This document shows, piece after piece, positions 53,579 through 64,000 of a stretch of 64,000 nt of DNA. Made by a program: the position numbers and the translations under genes. The stretch is from Takakia lepidozioides (Eukaryota; Plantae; Bryophyta), in NCBI GenBank assembly GCA_030704615.1, contig CM060734.1, positions 52,762,001 through 52,826,000 on the forward strand, read 5' to 3'. The notes beneath the pieces are model-generated. The model worked only from the letters and a program-made list of their open reading frames with translations. It was not told where the DNA came from and made no database searches. Each line of letters opens with the position of its first letter. The first letter of the stretch is position 1.

Positions 53579-56427
53579 ATGGGGCCAAAGACATATACAA
53601 TTGATGGGAGTGCAGCAGCAAAGGAGATCTCATGGATGGATCGCATGTGTGATAAGTTTTGCGAGCTGGCAGAACCTGGGCGGGGACCATCACTGCTGTT
53701 TCAGGTACCCCTTTATATTTTGGGGGTGGTTAGTCTTTTTGGTTGGCATGTCGATACTGCGTGTTTCATGGACACGTGATCCCACCTTGGACACAGTACA
53801 TGGCACACAGGTACCTGACACCACAGTGTGTGGAGCCCCTAACTCATTATTAACATTGTTAACACTGAGTCAGGGGGTCTGCATGGAACAGTACTGGAGA
53901 ATCAAATGAGTAGCACTGTTGTTTGGACGGTTGGGGTCTGTAGGACATTGGCTTGTCCTCTGGATCTACAATCCACACATATGCAATGCTTGCAGATCTG
54001 TGTTGTTTGCAGATTACTGGTATATGATCACTCAAGATCCTTGTATTTTACCTTTTTTTTTTTGATGGGTTGTGTCAGGGCCCAAAAGGCTAATGTGTAG
54101 CCGTAGAACTTGGCACAGAGTTGCTCTAAGATCTAAGTCATAATAGTGTCTGTGATGCATATCTTGTTTTCCAATTGTTGGGCACATCCCCTCACCTATA
54201 GGCTCTAAGGACAGTGGGCTGCTTACTTCTGTGATGTAGATTAGTCAATTGCAAGTCAGGGTTGAAATTTATGGCTCAAAACTTTATGAGTGAAAACTCT
54301 ATGGTGTTGTCTTAGACTGTAAAGAGGATTTGTGTGATGGACGGGAATGGCTGACTTTAGAAGCATTTATCAAACAACCAGCATTGACCTATGGATTTTG
54401 ACGTATGCTCCCTTCTGTTGCACCTACAGGAGACAAGCAAATATGTGGAGGGGCAAATGAATACTGTGCGAGCTAGCTTGAGCAAAATTTGCACAGAGTT
54501 TGTGCAAGAGCTGCTGACGCCACCCACCATGCCTGGAGATGACAGGCTAGCAGTGAAAGGTGTGAACACCCACAAGCAGTGTCCCATGGAGGTGGTGTCC
54601 GTTAACAAGCACCCTCTGAAAGAAACCTCTTTGGCTCTGAACTTCAATGAAGAATCTTACAGAGGTAAGATCTAGCTCCAACTGCATGGATGGCGTCATG
54701 CTTTGAGACAGGGCTCAGGCGGACGAACGGGGTAGGGAAATGCGTTATAGCTTTCAGGGAAAAACTTCCACTTGCCCACATTTGGTTTTTAGTTTTTTTT
54801 GTCTCGTGTTGACAATGATGCTGCAATCAAATTTATAATGCAAGTAAAGTCTTAATTGAAAACAAGCTCTCAGCGTTACTTTCACCAGTTACTTTCACCA
54901 CTATTTGACCTGCAGGATTGTGGTCAGAGTGTGTGTGGTATATGGGTTGCTCTGGTCCTAGCAGAACTGTCATTGGTGTAACAGAAATGGTTAACTTCAG
55001 CGAAGATGACCTGTACTACCTCTCAAGCTTAAGGTATCTTATCATTTTTTGGAGTGATGACAGCCCACAATCTCGCAGTCAGACTCTTTACATAGTGTGG
55101 ACAAAGCTCCAGTTAGAATTGTCTTTCTAATCGGACAAAACATGTCACTCAGCCATATTTATTGCTTTTTCCCCCAAAAGGTTCTATGTAAGAGGATGCT
55201 GTAGTTCTAAAGGAGGTATTGTAGCTCAGTGGCCAAGCAACTTGAATGACATGTCTGTGTGTGCTGTTGCAATACTGTGAAAGTGCTCTTACCTGACTGA
55301 ACCACAGGTGCCTTCAAATCTGTATGAAACTTGTGAGCTTTGTAACAGCTCAAAAAATGCTATGTCAGCAGGTGACGCCATAGAGGACGGCTTTAATTCA
55401 ACTGTAGTGACCATGCTTGATCCGGCTGTCGTGTCCAACTTTGAAACTGTCAAGGACCAGTCGCTCATGCAACAGGAGGGGGCTAATAAAGATATGGCAG
55501 GAGAATGGCTACAGCAAGGGCACAAAGGGGACCATGAGCCAGCGACTCAGGAACGGCAGTTGCTGCACCAAGAGGCGGAGGCGAGTTGCTTGGATCCAGT
55601 TGTAATGTCCAACTGTGAAACTGTCGAGAACCAGTCACTTGTGCAACAGGAGGGTGCTGATGGAGAGCTGGCAGGAGAGTGGCCACAGCAAGGTCACAAG
55701 GGGGACAATGAGCCAGCGATGGACGGAAGGAAAGACATGGGAGTAAGTTTTGTTCACCAGACCTAAATTGATGAGATGTCACTTTTGTAGAGGAAATTTG
55801 CGCACTTGCTATGTAAGAACAGCAACAGCCGGTGACACACACTAGGAGGGTAAAGTTAATTGTTAAGAGAACAAAAACAATAGACTTGAGTTGAGACTAC
55901 TTGCTTAAAATAAGCACACTTGTGACCGCAAATGCTGGGGCATAGGCGCGGTTGCTCTATGCATATGCTGTAGCTTTGCATCCCCTGCTCCTCCAAGAGA
56001 CAATGATCCCTCCTGATTAGGGTGAGAGTGCAGAATGGACTGATCGGAGGTGTCACGTTTTATCCTCGCAATCCCTTAGATTGCCCCAAGCAAGAATGTG
56101 ACAGTAAAATTAGAACGCAATGCTGTGATGGGTTGGTCAAGCTCTTAAATTGATTGTTTTCTTGGCCAAGACGAGATACGAGCTGATGCAGAGTGTTTTG
56201 AATTGGTGCAGCGGCAGAATAGTGTGGATGTCGAGACTTCAAATGTGGTGGTGGAAGACGATGACGGACTTCAGGCTGGTTGGTATGTCAGTGACGAGTT
56301 TAGCGATTCACAGGAGTATGGCAAAGAGTTGTCATCGTCTTTGATTTCAACTTGGATTGATGGCAAGGACATGATCACAAGCTTGGAGACGGAGCCTGAA
56401 ACCTGGCAAGATTGGGAGCTTGTATGA
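53579..56427 (+). CDS. ATI3/At2g31130-like protein with C-terminal ATG8-interacting motif
   Basis: Exons 53579-53704, 54430-54664, 55372-55742 (middle uncertain; candidate extra exon 54916-55033 and acceptor 55308) and 56212-56427. The N-terminus ISWMDRMCDKFCEL...QETSKYVEGQMNTVRASLSKICTEFVQELL resembles that family from memory. Ends acidic ...ETWQDWELV*. Confidence 0.7.
55416..55718 (+). repeat. In-frame internal duplication (174-bp period) in the ATI3-like gene
   Basis: LDPAVVSNFETVKDQSLMQQEG...GHKGDHEPA (55416) and LDPVVMSNCETVENQSLVQQEG...GHKGDNEPA (55590). Confidence 0.9.
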
Positions 56428-57702
56428 ACTCCCTTTTCCTCGCCATGCGTGGGAAGCTTAAATGAAGCACTCCTCTTTGAGTTGCCTGACTAACTGCTTT
56501 TGCCTAGAGCGGATGACATGGAAATTGGCTTTGCAAGGACATGGTGGAATGGGAGCCTGGCACATTGATTGTTTGCAATAAGCGGCGAACACAAAGCTGG
56601 TTCATAGAAGACATTGCACTTGCTGTGTGATATGTGCAGACGGGATCCCATTTTCTCCTATGCTTGCAACCAGATCAATATGTTAAGATAACTAAAATAA
56701 GTGAGTTGGTAGCTCTTGCAAAAGCTGACTACTTTTAGGCTCAAGTTCTTTATTAAACACTCTGCAAATGCAGGCTTGTTTGGTCAGAGAATCTAGTTGA
56801 AATAAAGATTATACCGGGAATGGACACAAGTGTTTTGGCTTGCATGTTAACATCTCGTGACCTAGCATTTCAGGTTAAATTGTAAATCCCACCTATCTCG
56901 TGCTATGCTTCACTCTTTACCAAGGTGGGTTGGTCAGAAGAAGTGACTGGAAGAAAGTGTGGCCCGGGTTTCTGGTGAGTGCAACCGAAGCATGGCACTC
57001 AATCGGTTATCTGCTTGTGCAAGAAAAGGGTGGACATGGTTTCTAACAGCATGATCCTACGCTCAGAAATTGTGCTAACCTTGACCTGGAGTTGTTTATT
57101 TAGAAGACCTTCTTGCACCTTACCCAGAAGACTTGTAGTTTCCACCTGGCACTATGGAATGGTATCCCAGAAAGCGTCTTCATTGTCTGTGTCTGTAGTG
57201 TTGCTGGAGTGACATACTCAGCATCAGATGAACCAAGACACATTGTGGAAGTCAACGATTTCCATATTCCAGCTGGAAAAAAACCCTGATCTCTATGGAA
57301 GAAACAACTTGAATCTCAAAAAGAGAGATTCCAAGACGGTTTGTAGTTCCATGCACAGAAGGCACGCTCTCTCAAAGAGCTTGGCCACACATTTCATGCT
57401 GGTGGCCTTCAAGATAAAAAGTCAATTTCCTGGAGTGAAGATTGCTAGGAATCTGCCGACCCTCTTCCATCTGACCAATGTTCTGATCATATTAGCGATG
57501 TATTCGGAGACAAATCCCCAGGATGAGAGCTGTAACCGCCATTAGGACTCCACAAGTAGAGTCTAAACTGGGTTGTAGACAGTCAAGTCAAAAAGTGAAG
57601 AAGTGGATGGTGTGATAACCCCCTCAAATTTTTCAAAGTTTGTTCAATAGTCGACCATGCAATATTAGAAATTAATAAATTTTCAGAAAACAATCAATAT
57701 AT

Positions 57703-58527
57703 GCCTCTCATTTTTGAATAATTGGGTCTTTAGTCTCAAGTGTGGGCCAGGGAGTGTACGGACGCACAAACGCAGGGTCGCCCCCACCTTCCCCCGCAAC
57801 CACCCGGCGGGTCTACTCGCGGGTCCGGGTTTGCTGGGGTGGTCTACTCGTGGGTCCGAGTATGCTCGGGTCCAACTCTAGGGTCTGCTTGCGGGTCCGG
57901 ATCTGCTCGAGACTTAGAAAAGTTCTCGGGTCTGTTGGGACGGGTCTGGGTCTGCTCGGGACTTGAGAAATTTTCCGGAAAAACTTGCCCGTAAAAATGG
58001 GATGGTCTACTCGTGGGTCCGGGTCTACTCGGGTCCACCTGTAGGGTCTGATCGCAGGTCCGGGTTTGCTCGAGACTTAGAAAATTTCTCCGGTCTGCTC
58101 GGGCGGGTTCGGGTATGCTTGAGACTTAGGAAATTTTCCGGGAAAACTTGCCCAAAAAACTATCGTTAATGCAGATGCAACGCCATCCAGAGTTGAACCC
58201 ACAACCTCACAGATATCAATTAATGCTCCCAATCACCACACTACTCACTGTTTGATACTCTATTAATGATTTTTTTTATCTCTTAGAAAATAGCCAAAGT
58301 TTGCCCCAATGTGGCCTAGGAGAGAGGACCCACCTTCGGGTCAGGGCCGCGGACACTACTTGGCGGCAGACCCCACTACCTTGCGACAAACCGTTACCTC
58401 TAGCGGACCCTGCCTAAGTCATGGGTTGTTGGCGGGACCATCCCAAACCACCCTCGTCAGTGCATGGGCCCGCTGCCCTGGCCCACACGTGAGACTTAAA
58501 AGACCCAATTATTCAAAAATGAGAAGC
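57703..58527. mobile_element. Mutator-like MITE inserted into the first 9 bp of a Helitron
   Basis: ~50-bp TIRs GCCTCTCATTTTTGAATAATTGGGTCTT...GTGTGGGCCAGGG, with a 9-bp TSD TCAATATAT (57694-57702) / TCAACATAT (58528-58536). Internal GGGTC-rich repeats. Confidence 0.85.
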
Positions 58528-59272
58528 TCAACATATGAAGGAAGCTAGTTTGTTTGTTTTGTTTTGTAGCGTCCTTGAGATGTCCCTAACCGCAAGGCCA
58601 ACGCTGTTGTTTGGTGCCGTTGGAAAGCCCTCGACAAGGAGGATGCACTGGCTTGGTCTCATGATTTTTGGACCCAAGATATGGAATTTTGAGTTCTCTG
58701 GGTAGTTGAAAATTCGTGAAAAATAGCAAAATGGGCATTCCTGGAGCAATGATTGGCCCTTCATGTGGGAGATTTGGAATTTGAAGTACTTTTGGTCGCT
58801 GGAAATTCGCAAAAACTAGCAAAGTGGATATATCAATATATTAAGCCTCGACAGGGGAGATTGCAAAAATAGCATTTGAACCTGGACATATGAGACGCAT
58901 TTTGATACATAGGCCATACTATGAATGTTCACCACCCCCACTACTTGGGCTTAGATGGCAGTGGACACTTGGGCCTCTACATGGGAGATGCACTGGGATA
59001 CATAGAAGATTGCACATTGGGCTTAGATGGGCCTCGACATATGAAACGCACATAGGAGATGTACGTCATTGGATAGATAGAAGATTGCACTTGGGCTTAG
59101 ACGACAGTGGATACTTGGGCCTCTACATGGGAGATGCACTTCGATACATAAAATATTGCACTTGGACTTAGATGGGCCTTAGGAGACGTATATGAGAGAT
59201 GCCATTGGATACATAGGAGATTGCACTTGGGCTTAGATGACACACTTGGGCTAACGGACCAGGCTACCCTAG
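58528..59272 (+). mobile_element. Non-autonomous Helitron-like element (true 5' A|TC end displaced to 57694)
   Basis: Reverse-complement match to the 31730-33112 family. Ends GGGCTAACGGACCAGGCTACCCTAG|T. Confidence 0.8.
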
Positions 59273-60381
59273 TTTCTACTGAAAAAACAAAAGATTGTAG
59301 TAACATGGGATTCAAGTTACTAGTTTCCAACATTGATGGATTTTTTTCTCTTTTTTTTTGTATACCAAAACAGGGGAAGAAGCCCCCTCCGGAAACTTTG
59401 ATGGATCCGGAGAGTAAGAATTGAGGTTTTCGAAGGAGATAATATATCAGTGTTGAATAGGTATGGACTCTTGAAATCAAGGTTGAGCCCAACTACGCCA
59501 ATAAGAGGAAAACCATGGGAAGCCAAGGAAAGCGGAGAGTAGAAAGCCGGGGAAAACTTCGCGCCTCCTAGGGGAAGCACATTAAAAATGATAACCAGCA
59601 CTTTGTCCGAATGTTGTGAAAGATCGCGGCCCTACCCAGTAATGAGATGATTCAATTGCCCCTCTAATGCCCAAGAGCCAGGCAGGGTCCTCGGCGGCAT
59701 AGGACATAACCAGGTGACTCAGAAACAACGCAAAAATGATAGAAGGGGGCTTAATACCTAACGGAGTCCATGACGCCGCACAGAGGGGGAACGACAACAG
59801 AGCATAGCCTGCCATTGGCTTCGATGGTTCAGATCAGCACAGCGCTAAGTTTTTCAACATGTAAAGAACCTCATGATCCATTTTTTCCTTTGTAGTTTGA
59901 GTACGCTTATCTAGACAAATTTTAGGGTAAGTACCTTATATTTTGGGGAGTACGTCATATATTTGGGTGTAATGTACTCCTCCAAATATAACGTACTCCG
60001 TTAAAGCTGGGATGATGTAATCACCCATAAGCCCATTCTCCATTCCTTTGCAGCTCACCATGGTTTATATCCTTCACAGGCTCCTGGCCTCGAACCACGG
60101 AATGGCCTCGTGTCGTGGCTTTACCCTACACATAACGAAGCTCTGTTGGTTTCTCTTTATATATATGGGTTCATAACCTGCTTCTTTGCCACTAGTTACG
60201 GGGCGTTGACCACATGCCTTATGCACTGTCAAAGAAGGCTGGAAAGTGGAAGGCATGGTCCACTTACTGCAATGACTTCCTCTCTCACGGCAAAACACAA
60301 CCTGGGCCTTCTCTCTACTGACACTGATAATTTCATGAGAACCAAGGTGGTGTCAATTGGTTGATGAAGGATGAAAAGATG

Positions 60382-60689
60382 ACTGTAGCATCCCCAGCAC
60401 ATGGGGTCGTAGTTGCGGCAGCCCCAGTGTCGAGCGTCCCCAGCGACGCCCGCCATCGCAAGATGCGACACCAGGGGGTCACAATGCCAAAAAAAAAAAA
60501 AAAAAAAACCTTGCGACCCTCCGGAGTCGCAAAAGCGTAGCTGGAGACGCCCAACGTTGCGATGCCGGGGGGTCGCAAAGGCGTTGCCACGGGGTTTCTT
60601 TTATTTATTTTTTCTTTTTGGGCCTTGCGACCCCCCAACATCGCAAAAAAATGTCGCTAGGGCACTCCGCGCTGGGGCACCTGACAGTG
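60382..60689. mobile_element. Short foldback MITE related to 22936-23810
   Basis: Imperfect terminal inverted repeats ACTGT.GC..CCCCAGC / GCTGGGGCACCTGACAGT, and shared TTGCGACCCC repeats. Confidence 0.55.
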
Positions 60690-62071
60690 CGACGTCGGCC
60701 CCATCCATGTCAATCTCACTGACCCCTGTTTTCAGATCTACTGCAAAATTTTACAGGTGAGAGTAAGAAATAGCAGTGAGGAAAAAAATTGCACCTCTGA
60801 TTGTAATCTAGCTGGTCTGGCGTTTTCATCATCTCTGTTTGGGTTGAGAGCATTAGGGTAGTTGGTTGGTATTACTCCCACAATTTCTCCAATTTCAGCA
60901 ATAGAGCCCACAGAAGAACAAATCTGACCATCACATGCCTGTCCTCTAAATGCCTAAGGGAAAGAAAAGAAATATGACAAGACTTCGCAACATGAGTAGA
61001 AAAAGAAAGTCTATCTGCCTAATAACCCCATGGTCTAGAGCCAGGATAAGAAATGAAGGCCCAACACACAAGTATCATGGACTACTCTTAACGCCTAGAT
61101 TCCAACCACCAAACAATCATATCCACATTGAGCATCTTGTGAACAGCTTTCCACCCCCAATCCAAAGGTCTATGCCAATGGTTCATTCCTGCAACACCCA
61201 AGCTCTATTCGAGCTGTAACAGGGCTGCCCAATCACATAATCAGCTATCGTAGTGAAGGCCTTCACGTTCATATCCAAAGACAAGCAGGTGGCCTGTACC
61301 TCCAGCAAATTTCGAACTTGTTCGATGTACCACCCCTCGCTTCTAGACCGAGCGCGTGATTTATAGAGATCTTCAAGAATTCCCTATTAATGTTTACGTC
61401 GTAAACAGCGTACTGCACCTGCTGAGAAAGGGTGCCTTGCAGTTCAGAGATCAAGAGCCGATGCTGAGAAGTTAACTCTCTCTCTCTGCCGCCCGCTCAT
61501 GATCCAGAACCTCAATTCTCCTAAGCAAGACCCCAATCAACTCCATGGTTTCGGACATAGCGAGTAAGTGCAAGGACTCTCAAACTATTTCTCTCTCTCG
61601 TGATTCTCTTGTCTCAATAACCTCATACCTCTACATATCCTCCCGAGTCCCTATCAAGAAATCGAGGGTTTGGGACCTAGCATTGCGTGCGAGAGTGCGA
61701 GAGTAATGGTGGCAAGTGCAAGGATTCTCTCAAACGATTTGTCTCTCGTGATTCTCTTGAGTGGGCCTGTTGTAGGACAGTTTCTGATGGAGGTACATAG
61801 AGATGGTGACAGGCTGCGGACAGAGCGCTGGGGACATTGAGAATTGTGGGCGCGGGTGACCTTCTACAAAGGTATCCACACCTGGATGGGCTTGCACCCT
61901 CTGCAGCGTATATAGTAAGAGTACATCCTCAAATATGCAGGATTCTCTTGCTTTAGGTATATCTCTGACCAACCCCTTTTCATGTATTACTGCCTTCTTT
62001 TGGTCATAAGCATATCCCATGTTGTGTTTCTGTGTATACATCACAGTTTGCTGTCTCTCTGTTTTTGGCAG

Positions 62072-62173
62072 ATGCATTATCGAGGTTTTGTCGACCCGGA
62101 AGATCTTAACCACAAATCTGGCAAGAGGGAATTCAACAAAGTGTCTGGCTACGCAGATAGCAAGCTTGCTCAG
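62072..62173 (+). pseudogene. Isolated exon of a WWOX/TIC32-like short-chain dehydrogenase
   Basis: 102-nt AG/GT-bounded exon MHYRGFVDPEDLNHKSGKREFNKVSGYADSKLAQ with the catalytic YxxxK. No neighbouring SDR exons recognised. Confidence 0.65.
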
Positions 62174-62714
62174 GTCAATCTCATCTTATTGAAGCTGGAG
62201 GTTGAATGAGTTCCAGTCTTACCTGCTTTAGAGGAAGCTGCACTCTTGATCCATGCTTATGAGCATGTTGCTTCACCTTCAGTCCTCATTATCCTGTTAG
62301 GTAGCTGCTTTGTGAAGCCCTCCCACTTGTCGGCATCTGACAAGAATGATGGTCACGGTTTACACTTTTACTTGCCTTTCTAGTACACATTTTAAGTCAG
62401 GGGAATAGGTTTTTTCTTCTGTAGCTTATGGAACTAGTAAACCCTTGTGTGATAGCACCTACCCTTTTCATGATATGGAGGTGTTCAGGCTAGTTGATGC
62501 TCCACATCCCTTTAGTGGAAGCCCAACACTTGGATTCGCAGGATGGCAGCCGGGAACTTGCCAATACATCTCAGCTTCCATTTTTAACATGCACCAAACT
62601 ACCTACTTCAGAGCACCCAAGTCTGTTACAATCAGAAAGTGGTCTTATTTGATTGATTGCAATCGCATCCAGAAGACAATATGTCACATATTAAAATAAT
62701 AACTATACTTGTTG

Positions 62715-63615
62715 TTACTCTTGATGACGGGCAATAATGCTGAAGATAAATTGCTCTAGTCGCCGTCGATTGCGTGTTGGAAATTGCTCCACTTGGCAGC
62801 CATCCTGCTACAAGCTGGGATGTGGCAAGCTGCATTGCTTCATGTCGATAAACTAGGTTTTACAGTGCTACTAAATTGACCAGCCAACATAGCTGTCCTA
62901 TTTGCCATGACCCTAGAAAATCCCATAATGCCTTCCCATAATGAGTACAAACTTGAGAAAAACATCTCACCATGAAAAATGAAAACATGGGAACAGGGCG
63001 AACTGATTGAATTGAGCCAGATCCTGAAAGAGTCCAACAATCCATCACAATTTCCTTAGAGGAGGAAGGAGACCAGGAGACAGATGTCTTGATTCCACAT
63101 TAAATTACAGAAACTCCAGTGTTATTGAACAACACTCGGACAATGAACATTTTTAAGACAAACGACACTTTGGAGGAGGTTTCCATGCAACACGTACATT
63201 GCAAGGTACCAATACTACACCTAACAAAATTAACCCCTAGCGAAATCAAGCAGGAAAGTCAAGAAGGGAGGCACATACTGTAAGATCATCATACTCGTCA
63301 CGCACATTGTGCTTCACAAATTGGATGCCCGTCATTTGGTCTACTGCACACTTTTCCCCACATCTCTGCAATGAAAGAATTATATCCTCATCTAGCACAC
63401 ATTGCAATTGAATTGAACACAGACCATCCATCATAATTAACAAACCTGAATACACTACACATTGTCAACCATCGTAATCAATAGATTGCTGAAGGTCAAA
63501 TTCAAGCTCAAGCTATGCAGAAAGTCCAATGGAGAGAGACCCGTTTACAAAGCTTGCTGTACTGCGGCAGGATGTATTTGCAGGCCCCACAGGATGGATT
63601 GTAGAAGTCCACAAC
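62715..63615 (-). CDS. Thioredoxin-like 4 family protein, 3' exons, with a 1-nt frameshift; 5' exons not identified
   Basis: Exons 63541-63615 (VVDFYNPSCGACKYILPQYSKLCKR), 63279-63365 (...FVKHNVRDEYDDLT), 62971-63023 (53 nt; DLAQF/SVRPVPMFSFFM) and 62715-62804 (DGCQVEQFPTRNRRRLE...*). Resembles plant TRL4 (CGSC-type). Confidence 0.8.
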
Positions 63616-64000
63616 CTGTCACATGTCCCCTTTCAAAACATCAGTGACGACTAAATGTGTCAAAATCTAGTTTGCAGTAAAATGACATCAGGTGCTGAAT
63701 CTCATCAATCCAGAGCATATTCCTAAGCCATCTGAACATAACACCATTTAATCCCCAATCCAAATTTTACTGTGCAATGAGAGTATGAAACTCCACTAAT
63801 TTTGGGGTACTAACATTTCTCAAAAGACAATTGTTGTGTATAAAGTATCTTCACTTATGGCCCAAAGCATTTCTTTTGACACACTCTCTGGCTTTATGTA
63901 ACTGACATGCCACTTGCTCCTGAAGACCAGCTGATTCCAATGTCAGGTTTCATCTACCCTACATCAACAGTCCAATCAGTGAACTAGTGTAGTGTTCTCT

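Noticed and set aside
57100-57540. Decayed coding-like frame downstream of the ATI3-like gene
   Set aside because: Multiple stops and no recognisable family, so it cannot be supported without a search.

Overview
This is eukaryotic nuclear DNA from an intron-rich land plant. A bryophyte (moss lineage) is the most likely source, inferred from protein style, PLS-class PPR debris and TE types. Genes reconstructed by hand from splice sites: the 5' part of EAF1 (-, runs off the left edge); a frameshifted PLS-type PPR pseudogene (+); a complete plastid KAS III/fabH (-, 8 exons, one GC-AG intron); a MYC2-type bHLH (-) with intact splice sites but two in-frame stops and a damaged helix 1; SEC23 (-, 6 exons); an ATI3/At2g31130-like protein ending in a WELV ATG8-interacting motif (+); an orphan SDR exon (+); and a partial thioredoxin-like 4 gene (-) with a 1-nt frameshift. 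Mobile DNA includes an APE-RT LINE family linked to (TC)n repeats, whose longest copy carries its own 3' tail at its 5' end inside a 12-bp TSD-like repeat. Also present are two Ty3/gypsy relics (one apparently doubly inverted), head-to-tail non-autonomous Helitrons, and nested MITEs (Harbinger, hAT, Mutator and CACTA-like), several with tRNA-like A/B-box modules. The most notable items are the permuted (TC)n-associated LINE, the ATI3-like gene outside dicots, a twister-ribozyme-like segment, and lesions in several genes across the window.
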